Source: Candidatus Marinacidobacterales bacterium
Lineage (GTDB): Bacteria; Acidobacteriota; Vicinamibacteria; Marinacidobacterales; SMYC01
DNA length: 64,000 nt
Assembly (NCBI GenBank): GCA_965224085.1
Contig: CBDCYI010000005.1
Span: 480,001 to 544,000, forward strand
Reading direction: 5' to 3'
Part shown: piece by piece, positions 10,206 through 20,955 of the stretch
Layout: every line of letters starts with the position of its first letter
Position numbering within the stretch: the stretch's first letter is position 1
Translations under genes and position numbers: made by a program
The notes under the pieces: generated by a model
Seen by the model: the letters and a program-made list of their open reading frames with translations, nothing else
What the model was told of the DNA's origin: nothing
Databases searched by the model: none

Positions 10206-10839
10206 CTAACCGACCACGCCCATAGGGCGTGGGTTTAGGAAGGCCCCCCCGAGGGGGCCGATGACGTTGGGAAGGCCCCGTTGGGGCCGTCTCTCGTTAA
10301 CTCAGGTCGAGATCACCTTGGCGAGACTCAAGCTTTTCTTGCTCCCGGATGTACTTTCTTATTCGCTCCTCGTCAAGGCCAACCGTACTCACACAGTACC
10401 CCTTCGCCCAAAAATGCAAGCCCGTCATACGACGTTCTTTCAGCAATTCTCGGTGGATGCGTACCGCACTCTTCCCTTTCAGAAAACCGATCGTGTGAGA
10501 TACGCTGTACTTGGGAGGGATGCTCATACACAGGTGGATGTGGTCCGGTTGCGCGTTGCCTTCTATCAGTTCTACTCCTCTCTGCTCACAAAGCTCTCGA
10601 AGAATTCGCCCCACGCGACGCCGAAGGTCCCCATATAACACCCTTCTACGATACTTTGGGGATGATCACCACGTGGTACTTGCATTCCCATCGCACATGC
10701 GACAGGCTTTTCCATTCGTGCATGCAGGTTCTCCTTTCGGAGGCCCCACAGGGTCTTCCCGGAGGGGGAACCTAGCACACGCCGGATCGCTCGAAGCTCT
10801 TCGGGTCACGCCGCCAGAGGCGGCGCGTTTATTAGCGGA
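10206..10839 (-). mobile_element. IS200-like tnpA-only element B (634 bp)
   Basis: Left hairpin gcgccgcc-tct-ggcggcgt, right hairpin ccacgccc-tat-gggcgtgg; TTAG at both cleavage positions. Confidence 0.88.
10297..10723 (-). pseudogene. tnpA: TnpA of element B with +1 frameshift
   Basis: MHEWKSLSHVRWECKYHVVIIPK, then an extra A at 10655-10657; continues YRRRVLYG..DHIHL..LKGKSA..FWAKGY. Confidence 0.85.
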
Positions 10840-10853
10840 CTAACGAGTATAGC

Positions 10854-12149
10854 TCAACCGGAGAGGTCGAGCGCGTCGGTGGCAAGGAGCGTTTGCAGGA
10901 GCACGTTCGCGCCCGCTTCGATAGCCTCGGGGCGCGAATATTCCTTGGGGGAGTGGCTGATGCCGTCGACGCTCGGGATGAAGATCATGCCCACGGGCGC
11001 CAGTCGCGCGATGCTCTGAGCGTCGTGGCCGGCGCCGCTCGGCATCCAAAGCGTTGTGAGCCCGAGCACCTCGGCAGAGCTCGCGACGATCTTGCGCAGC
11101 CGCATGTCGGTGGGCGCCGCGCGGCTCAAATAGTACTGGTCGAGCTCGATCGTGGTCTCGTTTCTCACAGCGCGCTCCCGGGCTTGCTTGGCGATCGCTT
11201 CGAAAACGCGGTCAATCTTGTCCATCTCCAGATCGCGGATCTCAAGGCTCAGCTCGACGCGACCAGCAATGACGTTGGGCGCTCCAGGATGAGCTTCGAT
11301 CTTGCCGACCGTTGCGACGTGACGTCCCGACATCTCGGTCACGACAGCGTTCACCGCGTCGACGAAACGGCCCGCCGTGAGCATGGCGTCGTGGCGCTGG
11401 TCCATCGGCGTCGTCCCCGCGTGGTTCGCGAAGCCGGTAACCGTGACGTTCCAGCGTTTGATGCCGACGATGCCTTCGACGACACCGATATCGATCGACC
11501 TCTGGTCGAGGATAGCTCCTTGCTCGATGTGGAGCTCGAGATAGGCGGCGATGTCGCCTGGTTCGCGCCGCACTTCATCGAGCTTCGCGGGGTCGCCGCC
11601 GATGAACGCGATGCCCTCGCCAATGGATTTGTCGGTGTGAGACGGAAGGTCGAGCTCGCCGTCTCGGATCTCACCCGATAGCGCGCGGCTTCCCGTCTTC
11701 CCGTTCTCTTCGTTCTGGAAGAGCACGACTTCGAGAGGATGGCGCGTGGTCACTCCGGCGTCGTCCAGCGTGTGAGCGATTTCGATGGCGCCCATGGAGC
11801 CGACTTGCCCATCATAGTTGCCGCCGTGAGGAACGGAGTCGATATGCGATCCGAACATGAGCGGCGGCAAGTTCGGGTCCGTACCATTGCGGCGACCGAG
11901 AACGTTGCCGGCATTGTCGATACTCGCTTCGAGCCCCGCGCCGCGCATGAGCTCTATCGCGAAGTCGCGTCCTGCGAGATCGGCATCGCTATAGGCCACG
12001 CGGCTGATGCCACCTTCGGGCGTGCGCCCGAAGCGCGCGAGCTCTTCGAGGTGTCGATTCAAGCGTGCGCCGTTGACACGAAGCTCAGACCGCTGATAGG
12101 TCCGAAACGCAAGAAAGCCGAGTGCCGCGAGGAAATCACGCCGATGCAT
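10854..12149 (-). CDS. M20 Zn-dependent hydrolase (allantoate amidohydrolase / N-carbamoylase family), Tat-like N-terminus
   Basis: GSHIDSVPHGGNYDG, NEE, YLELHIEQG, NHAGTTPM, SGAGHDA, GISHSPKE; RRDFL. Confidence 0.92.
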   Translation of the reverse strand: MHRRDFLAALGFLAFRTYQRSELRVNGARLNRHLEELARFGRTPEGGISRVAYSDADLAGRDFAIELMRGAGLEASIDNAGNVLGRRNGTDPNLPPLMFGSHIDSVPHGGNYDGQVGSMGAIEIAHTLDDAGVTTRHPLEVVLFQNEENGKTGSRALSGEIRDGELDLPSHTDKSIGEGIAFIGGDPAKLDEVRREPGDIAAYLELHIEQGAILDQRSIDIGVVEGIVGIKRWNVTVTGFANHAGTTPMDQRHDAMLTAGRFVDAVNAVVTEMSGRHVATVGKIEAHPGAPNVIAGRVELSLEIRDLEMDKIDRVFEAIAKQARERAVRNETTIELDQYYLSRAAPTDMRLRKIVASSAEVLGLTTLWMPSGAGHDAQSIARLAPVGMIFIPSVDGISHSPKEYSRPEAIEAGANVLLQTLLATDALDLSG

Positions 12150-12545
12150 CCGAAGAGTGTAGCAAAGGATGAAGTGGGCCGCCGCCTACCTGCTACCTTC
12201 CGCTCAACGAGAGAACCGAACCGCGACACTGTTATGCGGAGGACTTCCCGGAGAACTTCGCGGTGTTTACGGATGCAGGCTACGTGTCTACCGTGCACGA
12301 GGATGACGGGCCCTGCACCGAGTGCTCGGACAATCCGCTTGTCGCCGCGCAATACGCTCAATGGGGCAATTCGCCCGTCGACTCGATGTCCACCCACATC
12401 TTTTTGAAGGGTGATCCTTGGCAGATCCAAAGCGGCTCGTCCGGCAACTTCTTGACCGAGGACGTCAACTTGCGGAGTGGCGAGGTGACCACGTGGTCGG
12501 ACAAGTACGGGATGAGGATCGTGATCGAGCGAACGCGCTGAAGGC

Positions 12546-12596
12546 AAAAAAAGCGGGGTGTCCGATCGCAAAAGGGGTTGAGGTTGGACGCCCCGC
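12546..12596 (-). terminator. Probable intrinsic terminator
   Basis: On - strand gcggggcgtcc...ggacaccccgc followed by T7. Confidence 0.6.
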
Positions 12597-12620
12597 CGGC
12601 TTTTCGCCAGGGGGAAAGGG

Positions 12621-12840
12621 TTACATCGTCGGAAGCTCGAGATTGATCTTGTGCTTTTTGCCTCCGCTTTCGATGAGCGCGAGCGCGTGCGTCCCATCCA
12701 TACGGAGCGCACGTCGGACTTCGTCGAGCGAGTATTGGCTCGCGGGCTTGCCGTCGATTTCCGCCACCATGACCTCTTCACCAGCGACGCGGACCACGTC
12801 CGATATCTTCAGAATCTGCGAGAAGTGCTCGTCCTTGAAT
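12621..12840 (-). pseudogene. C-terminal PDZ-like fragment
   Basis: VRVAGEEVMVAEIDGKPASQYSLDEVRRALR...KKHKINLEL; no upstream domain. Confidence 0.45.
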
Positions 12841-13029
12841 GCCTGGAACAAGGGGCAGGGGCAGCACGGTATCGAGTTGAACGTCAGCCGGGTCATCGTT
12901 TCCATAGGTGCTGCTCCTGCACGGATCCGCCAGGACCGCGCGGCGGGAAAGAGAGTTCAGCCTGTTAGTGGTTACTAAGATGATAGGCAACTGGACCTGC
13001 CGCTGGGAAGCTGCGAAATTATGTGCTCC

Positions 13030-13150
13030 GGCCAACGAATATTTCTGCCAGCGCCTCGCAACGGCCGTTGGAATCGACGTCCCTCGATGCGAGCTCGTGA
13101 GGGTGCCCGAGCCTATCTACGTCGTGGCGCGGTACGACCGCTGCATCGAG
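13030..13150 (+). pseudogene. Internal fragment of HipA-family kinase toxin
   Basis: PANEYFCQRLATAVGIDVPRCEL...YVVARYDR matches the HipA NE.....LA...G..V / RFDR pattern. Confidence 0.65.
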
Positions 13151-13174
13151 CATGGTCGATGTAGACATCCGCCG

Positions 13175-13203
13175 TTGAGCCGGGTGGAGCTTCCGGCTAC
13201 AAT
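13175..13203 (+). promoter_or_regulatory. Sigma70-type promoter of tRNA-Met
   Basis: TTGAGC-17nt-TACAAT, 25 nt upstream of the tRNA. Confidence 0.6.
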
Positions 13204-13228
13204 AATGGGCTTGCCTCGACGAGAATGT

Positions 13229-13305
13229 GGCGGGGTAGCTCAGATGGTTAGAGCGAAGGACTCATAACCCTTAGGTCGGCGGTTCAATTCCGCCCCCCGC
13301 TACCA
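13229..13305 (+). tRNA. tRNA-Met (CAT), probably elongator
   Basis: GGCGGGG acceptor pairs with CCCCGCT-A-CCA; D-arm TAGCTCAG..GGTTAGAGC; anticodon loop CT-CAT-AA; T-loop GGTTCAATTCC; lacks the initiator GGG/CCC stem and C1 mismatch. Confidence 0.95.
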
Positions 13306-13575
13306 CAAACAGGCGGCGCTTGTCCTGACCAGTCTCGTCCTTTCCGTGCTCGTGCTGGTCGAATCCGATTTGAACGCATTTGGAAAAAAACCGGAAGTCG
13401 AACCGTTTTCGACGCGGCTAACCCGCCGGCAGCCGTGATGGCGCTGGTTGGGGCGAGCCAGTTCACAGCCTATGGGCAAGTTAGGATCGACGGAAGCGCT
13501 CAGGGCAACGATCTCACCGTCAAGGCCAAGGCCTTCGGTACGCGATTGCAGTTCACCGGTGATGACAAAAAGCTT

Positions 13576-14415
13576 GCCTGCTTCGCGTAGGCCACCCCGA
13601 GGTTCGTGTAGAGCGCCGGATTGAAGGGCTCGAAGATCGAGCCTTCTTCGAGCACGTCGATCGCGTCCCGCACGTGGCCGGAGCGAAGGTGGGCGAGTCC
13701 GAGGGCGAAGTACACGTCACCCTCACAAGGTGCGACGGCTATCGCGTCTTTCAAAACGTCGATGGCTTCGCTTACGCGACCGAGTTGGAGGAGCACGCAT
13801 CCGAGACGGTACGCGTGCAGCCACTGCCCCGGCTCTCGCGCTGCGAGCCACGCGAAGATCTCGCGCGATTCCTCGAGCCGGCCAGTGTGGCGATAGATCT
13901 CCGCCACCTGCCGAATGGCCCCCTGGTGCAGAGGCCGTAGCTTCAGCGCGATCGAAAGCTCTGAAAGAGCGACCCGTGCCTGCTCGCGCGATTGGCGCTC
14001 GAGCTCGTCGAGGTGCGCGCGCCACTGTGCAGGGGCGATACCCGAAGACGGGCGCGTCTCGCCATCGGCCCTCCACCGGTAACGAACGTTATCGCTTTGC
14101 CACTTATGGAGGCTGCCGAGCTCGTAGTGCGCTTCGAACTGGCTCGGACGCTTGCGAATCAGCTCTCGATAGGCGTTCGCGGCGGAATCGCTCAGCCCAT
14201 GCAGCCGATAAGCGCGCGCAAGTAAGAACCAGGCGTCGAGGAAGTCCGGCGCTGCCGTGGTCGCTCGTCGAAGTGCCAGGATCGCCTCTTCCGTTTCCTT
14301 GCGCTCGAGGTGGCCGCGCCCGAGTAGGTAGCTCGCGACCGGCTCAGACGGATACGCTTCGAGCTCGATGCGCGCGTCTTTGAACCGGCGTCGCTCGAGA
14401 TGCAGAAGGCCGAGG
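13576..14415 (-). pseudogene. Internal fragment of a TPR protein
   Basis: Repeated TPR helices (AWFLLARAY, AHYELG, VYFALGLAH, LYTNLGVAY); cut by the IS6 end upstream and by unrelated sequence downstream. Confidence 0.75.
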
Positions 14416-14812
14416 GGTATTGTCAAGTTGACGTTGAGCGAGCGAACCTATTGCGTCGAGCTGACTTCCTTTGCTCTCATCGGACGGCACAGGTTACCTC
14501 CTGCCAGACGATGAAAGCGCGGTCTCGTAGCTCCCGATGATGATGCGCTTGCAACAAATGCCGTCCGACGCGAAAGAGGTTTTGCACGAGTCCATGCACG
14601 GTCAAGAATCGTTGCGCCTGCCCAGGAGCTTTAAACTTCCGCATCTGTCGTTCCCGTTGTCGCGTCGGTTCGTGCGAGACTTCGGCTAGGTTGTTTCTGT
14701 ACTGGTCAGTGTCGTGGACGACGGACGGCATGACCTCGCGGTGAGCGGCGCTGTAGCTTCTCAGTTTGTCGGTGACCAGCTGCCAGGGCGGACGGCCTTG
14801 CCCTTTCAACAG
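14416..14812 (-). mobile_element. IS6-family remnant (right end and transposase C-terminus)
   Basis: VTDKLRSYSAA, YRNNLAEVSHEPTRQRERQMRKFK; IS6-type end GGTATTGTCAAGTT at 14416. Confidence 0.88.
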
Positions 14813-15745
14813 CACAGCATGAGCTTCGACGAGGAGACCAACGCGCTCTACGGCGGAATCGCTCCGAAATGGCGCGAAGTCGAGCTCGCCTCTCGGCTAG
14901 AGACGCTGGACCGCCTAGTCGACGGCGACGGCTCTCTCCTCGGGAGGTTTCAGATCCACCAGCGAAGCTACGTCGTACCGGCGAACAAGCTGGCGACGGT
15001 CTTCGAAGCTGCCATCGAAGAGTGTCGCCAACGAACGACCGAGCACATCGACCGGCCGGCCGGCGAAACCTACCGGGTGGAGCTCGTAAAAGGCAAGCCC
15101 TGGGCCGCGTATAGTTGGTACCAGGGTGGTTACGAAAGCCTCATCGAGCTCAACGCCGGCTTCTCGTTGACCATCGATTCGATGATCGATTTGGCCTGTC
15201 ACGAAGTTTATCCAGGGCATCATACGATGCAGGTGCTGCTCGAATCGCGCCTCGTTCGAAGTTTGGGCTGGCAGGAATACACGCTGACACCACTCTTCAG
15301 CCCCTTCTCGGCTTTCTCGGAAGGTCTCGCCGAGATCGGCGTCGAGCTCGTTTTTCCGCCGGAAGAGAGGCGTCGATTCGAGCGGGAGGTCTTGTTTCCA
15401 CTCGCCGGCCTCGCCACGGAAGACTACGAACACTACGATGCCGTACGTCGAGAGGCCAAGAAGCTTCGCGCCGCACAAACGGAAACGGCGCGACGATATC
15501 TCGATCACGAGCTCACCCGACGACAGGCCCGCGACTGGCTCCAGGATTACGCGCTCACCGCCGACGCGGAATCTGCCCTGCGGTTCGTGATGATTTATCG
15601 CTCACATGTCGCGAGCTACGCAGTGGGCGAACGGATGATGGACGACTATGTCGAGAGCCGCGCAGGAACGTCTCAGAAGTGGGACGTGTTCGAACAGATG
15701 CTCAGCGCAGGTGGTTTGCCTCTCGATATTGAGCATCCGCGATGA
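14813..15745 (+). pseudogene. 5'-truncated DUF885-like metallopeptidase
   Basis: WAAYSWYQG, ACHEVYPGHH, EGLAE, SYAVGE; N-terminus replaced by the IS6 fragment. Confidence 0.65.
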
Positions 15746-16150
15746 ATCATCTTGTTCGACAACGGCCTTTTTCCCAAGCACCGGAGTCACAACGGGCAGA
15801 CTTTCATCATCGAGTTCGACCCGACCACGAAGGAAATTGTTTGGAAATACGAAACCGAAGGCTATGCCAACCTAAAGTTTTTTAGCAAGACCATGGGATC
15901 ACAAAGGCGGCTTCCCAACGGCAATACTTTCATCGCCGAAGATAATTCGGGCAGGCTCTTTCAAGTGAAGCCCGACGGCGAGATCGTTTGGGAACTTGTG
16001 AACCGAGGCGGCACGACGCGGCCTTTCCCCGTCCCTTACGATTTCACCCCGCAGCTGAGGGCGCTCGCCCAACCTGAGGAGCTAGCGGTCACACCACCCA
16101 ACAACCTCGAGTGGCACCTAGAGCCCGACGTACTACGAAACAGAAATTGA
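15746..16150 (+). pseudogene. C-terminal fragment of arylsulfotransferase-like beta-propeller
   Basis: LFDNG, IIEFDPTTKEIVWKY, GSQRRLPNGNTFI, GRLFQVKPDGEIVWE. Confidence 0.75.
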
Positions 16151-16175
16151 ACCGGCTAGAGCCCCTCCTCGGTCT

Positions 16176-17363
16176 CTAGGATGGAGGTAAGCTCTCGAGC
16201 GGAACGGGCATGATGTTCCATGTGAACCGACCGAGATCGTCTTCGAACGTCCACAACGTCTCTCGCTGCCAGCCTGCGTCAGAAAGAACGTAACGCCTCA
16301 GCTCGGCTTGATCGTCGCTCGCGACATAGAGCTCGTCCCGACCGTCCTCATCCAAATCAAGAAGAATCGAGGCGTGCTCGAAACCTGAAGAGTCCGAAGC
16401 GATGAGCTCTTTTTCCCACATTCCCTCGCCCGGCCGCAAAAGCCAGAGGCCGGCTTTGTGCGTCGCCGCCACCATTTCTTTATCACCGTCGCCATCCACA
16501 TCGCCGACCGTGAGAAAACGACACAACTTGTCGTCGAGCGTGGCCACGATATTGGCCGCCGTTGGATCCGTGTCTTGATTGTAGCCGCGAATCTCCACCT
16601 TCCCCCCAGAGATTGCTTCCACAGACACGTAGAGCTCGTCGCGCCCGTCGCCATCGACGTCGTCGACGAGGATCTCCTTGGCGTGGCGGTCCCCGAGATC
16701 GACGACATCCGCCCGGCCTTCGCCGGAAGCGGGGACGTAGCGTGCGACTTTGCCGGGCTGTGCCGTTCCATCCACTTTGTTGGGTGCGGTGGGCGTAGCG
16801 TAGATCTCGACGATGCCGTCGCCGTTCAAATCCCCGAGTTCGATCTCATGGACGACGGTATCGGGGGTGCGGTCGAGCTCTTCGATAGAAAAGCCGCCCG
16901 CACCATCCGGCCGCAGGACTGCGACCACGCCTTGGTCATGCGTGGCGACGGCGATGGCTTGGGAGCCGTCGCCGTAGATATCTCCGATCTCGGCGTCTCG
17001 CATGCGGCTGAACCTTCCACCGAAATCCACGTCCCAGAGCGTGTCCAAGCTGCCATCGGCGCCCCATAGCTTCACGGCGGCCCTCATGCCGCCGAGGGTC
17101 AGCAAGCTCTGCCGATAGTCCATCGCCTTGTGGAAGACGTTGCTGTCAGGGTCCTCGATGAAGCGGTAGCGCCACGCTCCACCTTCGCGCGTGAGTATCC
17201 CAACGCGCGCCGGGAGCGGGTTGGGGGAGCCGTCCGCGTTCTCGCCGAGAGCGGCCATGCTCAAAACGAGCGCCTGATCGAGATCGGGACCCCCGCCGTC
17301 GCCGCAGGCACCTAGAAACGAAGCGGCCGTGACCACAGCCAACCATTGCATGTGTCTCATCAT
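16176..17363 (-). CDS. FG-GAP/VCBS-repeat lipoprotein
   Basis: Lipobox LGAC; repeats GDIYGDG, GDLNGDG, DDVDGDGRDE, GDVDGDGDKE, DLDEDGRDE. Confidence 0.8.
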   Translation of the reverse strand: MMRHMQWLAVVTAASFLGACGDGGGPDLDQALVLSMAALGENADGSPNPLPARVGILTREGGAWRYRFIEDPDSNVFHKAMDYRQSLLTLGGMRAAVKLWGADGSLDTLWDVDFGGRFSRMRDAEIGDIYGDGSQAIAVATHDQGVVAVLRPDGAGGFSIEELDRTPDTVVHEIELGDLNGDGIVEIYATPTAPNKVDGTAQPGKVARYVPASGEGRADVVDLGDRHAKEILVDDVDGDGRDELYVSVEAISGGKVEIRGYNQDTDPTAANIVATLDDKLCRFLTVGDVDGDGDKEMVAATHKAGLWLLRPGEGMWEKELIASDSSGFEHASILLDLDEDGRDELYVASDDQAELRRYVLSDAGWQRETLWTFEDDLGRFTWNIMPVPLESLPPS

Positions 17364-17406
17364 GCGCCACAGCATACAATACATGTCCCAATTAGGAGGC
17401 TGAGCC

Positions 17407-20400
17407 ATGAATCGAGCTGTCCTGGCCCTTTCGTTTCTTTTGGTCCTATCCCTCGGAGGCGCCTCTGGCGCGCAAGACACGAGCCCAGTGGATCTCGTGC
17501 TGAGCCAGCTCGAGTGGCGCAATATCGGGCCCGCCATCATGGGCGGGCGCATCGACGACTTCGCCGTCGTCGAGTCGAATCCGCACATCGCGTTCGTCGC
17601 GACCGCGTCGGCCGGCATCTGGAAGACAACGAATAACGGTGTGACGTGGAAGCCACTCTTTGACGACCAGCCCAACTCGAGCATTGGCAACATTGCGGTG
17701 GCCCCGTCCGACCCCTCGATCGTCTGGGCGGGAACCGGCGAGGCGGCGAATCGCCAGAGCTCGTCCTGGGGCGACGGCGTCTATAAGTCGACGGATGGCG
17801 GCGAAAGCTGGACCCACATGGGCCTCGAGAATACGCATCACATCGGCCGGGTTCACATCCATCCGCGAAACCCCGACGTCGTTTATGTTGCAGCGATCGG
17901 CCATCTCTGGGGGCCCAACGAGGAGCGCGGCGTCTACAAAACGACCGATGGCGGCGAGACTTGGACGAATACGAAATTCATCGACGAGAACACCGGCTTC
18001 ATCGATATGGCCATGGATCCCGAGAGCCCCGACACGCTTTACGCCGCGGCGTATCAGAGGCGGCGCCGCGCCTACGGGTTCAACGGCGGCGGGCCGTCGA
18101 GTGGTCTCTACAAAACGACCGACGGCGGCACGAGCTGGAAGAAGCTCACCGAGGGGCTGCCTACTGGAGATATGGGGCGCATTGGAGTCGATATCTATCG
18201 CAAAGACCCGCGCATCGTCTACGCGATCATCCAGAACGCGGAAGGCGGCATCTTTCGCTCCGAGGACAAAGGCGCGAGCTGGACGAAGATGAGCGACACC
18301 AACCCCCGGCCGATGTATTACAGCACCATCCGCATCGACCCGCAAAACGACCAGCGCATCTGGGTCATGGGCGCGCGGATGTTCAACTCGGTGGACGGTG
18401 GCAAGACGTTCGTCGACGATCACGTGACGATGATTCACGGCGACTATCACGCGATGTGGATCAACCCGGAGAATTCCAACCACATGCTCCTGGGCTCCGA
18501 CGGCGGCATCCACTATTCCTACGATCGCGGTCTGACGTGGGATTTCGTCAATACGCTCGCGCTCGGCCAGTTCTACGAAGTTGGCTTCGATATGGAAACG
18601 CCGTACAACATCTACGGAGGGCTCCAAGATAACGGGAGCTGGGGCGGTCCCGTGCGCACCCGCTACCAGCAGGGAATCACGAACGAAGATTGGTTCCGCG
18701 TTGGCGGAGGCGACGGTTTCTACACTCAGATCGACCCCAACGATCCAAACACCGTCTATGTCGAGTCCCAGAACGGGAACTTGCGGCGGCTCGACCTCGA
18801 GAGCCTCGAAACCAAGAGCATCCGGCCCGAGCCGGACGATGGAGAAACGCGCTACCGGTTCGACTGGAACTCCCCGGTGCTGATCTCACCGCACGACTCG
18901 ACGACGATCTACTACGGCGGGAACCGTTTGTTCACGTCCAAGAATCGCGGCGACGTGTGGACGCGAAGCGTGGACCTGACGAAGAACATGGACCGCGACG
19001 AGATGCCGATCATGGGCGTGATGCCGAGCGAAGAGACCCTGTCACGAAATGACGGGATCTCGAGCTACGGCCAAATCATCACGATCAGCGAGTCACCGTT
19101 GAAAGCGGGGCTTCTATATGTGGGGACCGACGACGGCAATCTGCAAGTCTCGCGCGATGGCGGCGAGAGCTGGGCCAATGTCTTCGACCGACTCACCGGC
19201 GTTCCCGACCCGACCTATGTGAGCCGCGTGGTCGCCTCGCAGCATGCGGAAGGACGCGTTTACGCGACACTCGACGGGCACCGCAACGACGACTTCGGCA
19301 CCTATGTCTTTGTGAGCGACGACCACGGAGAAAGCTGGCGCCGGATAACGAACGGCATGCCCGAAGGCCACACGATGAACGTCATCCGGGAGCACCCACA
19401 AAACGAGAATCTGCTCGTCGCCGGCGGCGAACTCGGCGCTTACATGTCGCTCGATCGCGGCGCGACGTGGCACGAGCTTACCGGTCCACTCCCGCGCGTA
19501 CCCGTCGACGACATCGCCATCCACCCACGCGAGAACGATCTCATCCTTGCGACCCACGGACGCAGCATATGGGTGCTAGACGACATGACGCCTCTCGCAA
19601 AGATGAGCGAGTCCGTCATGAGCGCCGACCTCCATCTGTTCGAGATCCGCGACGCGATCGGCTACCGCACCTTTCGTCACAAGGGAAATACTGGACACAA
19701 GATGTTCATCGCCCCCAATCCGCCCGAAGGCGCGCTCGTCTCCTACTATGTGAAGGAAGAGGACGAAAACGACGTCCACATCACCGTGACCGACGCATCG
19801 GGTCGCGTCGTGCGAGAGCTCGAAGGCTCGGGGCAGCGCGGGCTCAACCGAGCGAACTGGGACTTGAGATATGAGGGGCCGATACCCGACGCGTCAACGG
19901 GCGGGGGCGGGTTCGGTGGTCCGCCACCAGGGCCAAGGGTGCTCCCGGGGACGTACACCGTCAAAGTGGCGCTGGGCGAGCACGAGGCGACGCGCTCAGT
20001 GAGCGTGAGCGATGACCCCAATGTGCGCGCCACATCAGGCGATCGGCGGGCCCACCTGGACTACTTGCTGGAGCTGCGGCGTTTGATCTCGGAGATGCAC
20101 GAGGCCCATCAGATGGCGGCCGACCTCGACGAGCAGCTTGCGAGCCTCGAGACGTCGCTCGAGAACGCGGACACGGTGCCCGAATCGGTGACGACGGCAC
20201 TCGCCGCCGCTCAGGAGAAAGTCGGTGAAGCCGCTAGACTCTTGTCTCGCGATGAAGGCCGACGCGGCTTTGGCGGGGGCGGCCCACGGCCTTTATTCCA
20301 AAGAATGTCACGGAACGCGCGCGCCGTTGACGGATACACCGAGGCGCCCAGCGCGAAGCAGAAGTCTCAGTTGACTGCCTGGGCGCGGGCGCTCACCGAG

Positions 20401-20520
20401 CGCAAAAGCGCGCTCGACGCCGCCGTGAGCGGAGAAGTGGCGGAGCTCAACCGCGCGATCGAGGAGAGCGCCGTTCCCCGGATTCTGGCAAGACCGGTAG
20501 GACGCCCGACAACTCAGTAG
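17407..20520 (+). CDS. VPS10/sortilin-like BNR-repeat protein, 1037 aa
   Basis: Signal peptide, RBS AGGAGG, WRNIGPAIMGGRI, many S/T-x-D-G-G-x-x-W Asp-boxes, GGLQDNGSW. Confidence 0.92.
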   Translation: MNRAVLALSFLLVLSLGGASGAQDTSPVDLVLSQLEWRNIGPAIMGGRIDDFAVVESNPHIAFVATASAGIWKTTNNGVTWKPLFDDQPNSSIGNIAVAPSDPSIVWAGTGEAANRQSSSWGDGVYKSTDGGESWTHMGLENTHHIGRVHIHPRNPDVVYVAAIGHLWGPNEERGVYKTTDGGETWTNTKFIDENTGFIDMAMDPESPDTLYAAAYQRRRRAYGFNGGGPSSGLYKTTDGGTSWKKLTEGLPTGDMGRIGVDIYRKDPRIVYAIIQNAEGGIFRSEDKGASWTKMSDTNPRPMYYSTIRIDPQNDQRIWVMGARMFNSVDGGKTFVDDHVTMIHGDYHAMWINPENSNHMLLGSDGGIHYSYDRGLTWDFVNTLALGQFYEVGFDMETPYNIYGGLQDNGSWGGPVRTRYQQGITNEDWFRVGGGDGFYTQIDPNDPNTVYVESQNGNLRRLDLESLETKSIRPEPDDGETRYRFDWNSPVLISPHDSTTIYYGGNRLFTSKNRGDVWTRSVDLTKNMDRDEMPIMGVMPSEETLSRNDGISSYGQIITISESPLKAGLLYVGTDDGNLQVSRDGGESWANVFDRLTGVPDPTYVSRVVASQHAEGRVYATLDGHRNDDFGTYVFVSDDHGESWRRITNGMPEGHTMNVIREHPQNENLLVAGGELGAYMSLDRGATWHELTGPLPRVPVDDIAIHPRENDLILATHGRSIWVLDDMTPLAKMSESVMSADLHLFEIRDAIGYRTFRHKGNTGHKMFIAPNPPEGALVSYYVKEEDENDVHITVTDASGRVVRELEGSGQRGLNRANWDLRYEGPIPDASTGGGGFGGPPPGPRVLPGTYTVKVALGEHEATRSVSVSDDPNVRATSGDRRAHLDYLLELRRLISEMHEAHQMAADLDEQLASLETSLENADTVPESVTTALAAAQEKVGEAARLLSRDEGRRGFGGGGPRPLFQRMSRNARAVDGYTEAPSAKQKSQLTAWARALTERKSALDAAVSGEVAELNRAIEESAVPRILARPVGRPTTQ

Positions 20521-20700
20521 TTAGGGAGACGTGAGCCCGGCGATGAGCTCGGCGACTTCGGAGTCGTTTGGCCGGTGTTGTCGAGCTTTTCGCAACGCTT
20601 CGAGAGCCCGCTCCCGATCTCCCAGCTGGGAATGCGCCCGACCCAGGACTAGCTGGACGTAGAAACGGTCACGGCTCTCCTCGGGCAGCGCGACTTTCCC
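20521..20700 (-). pseudogene. C-terminal TPR remnant
   Basis: RFYVQLVLGRAHSQLGDRERALEALRKARQHRPNDSEVAELI*; in-frame stop upstream and no start codon. Confidence 0.5.
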
Positions 20701-20955
20701 CGCTCAAAGCGCCCAAGGGTGACATCGATCTTGAACCTGGCGCGAACCGCAAAACGGTGCGGCGCGATTCTGCCGGGCGGGTGCGTTGGGCCGTTACGTT
20801 TCAAGACATCGCTGACGTCACGCATCAGTGATCGGTGATCCGTGACCCTTACGCGACCCACGTTACGCGACGAGCATCCGAAGACGGTGTCCCTCCCAAA
20901 GCTGTCGAGCGTACCTAGTCACGCGGTCGCGGCGATCGCTTCAACCGTACCGTCG

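Noticed and set aside
9666-10839. TnpB/omega-RNA system associated with the IS200 elements
   Set aside because: No tnpB or iscB ORF; elements are only 540-634 bp with little non-coding space.
13229-13305. Integrative element or prophage at tRNA-Met
   Set aside because: No integrase, phage genes or duplicated tRNA 3' end seen in the window.
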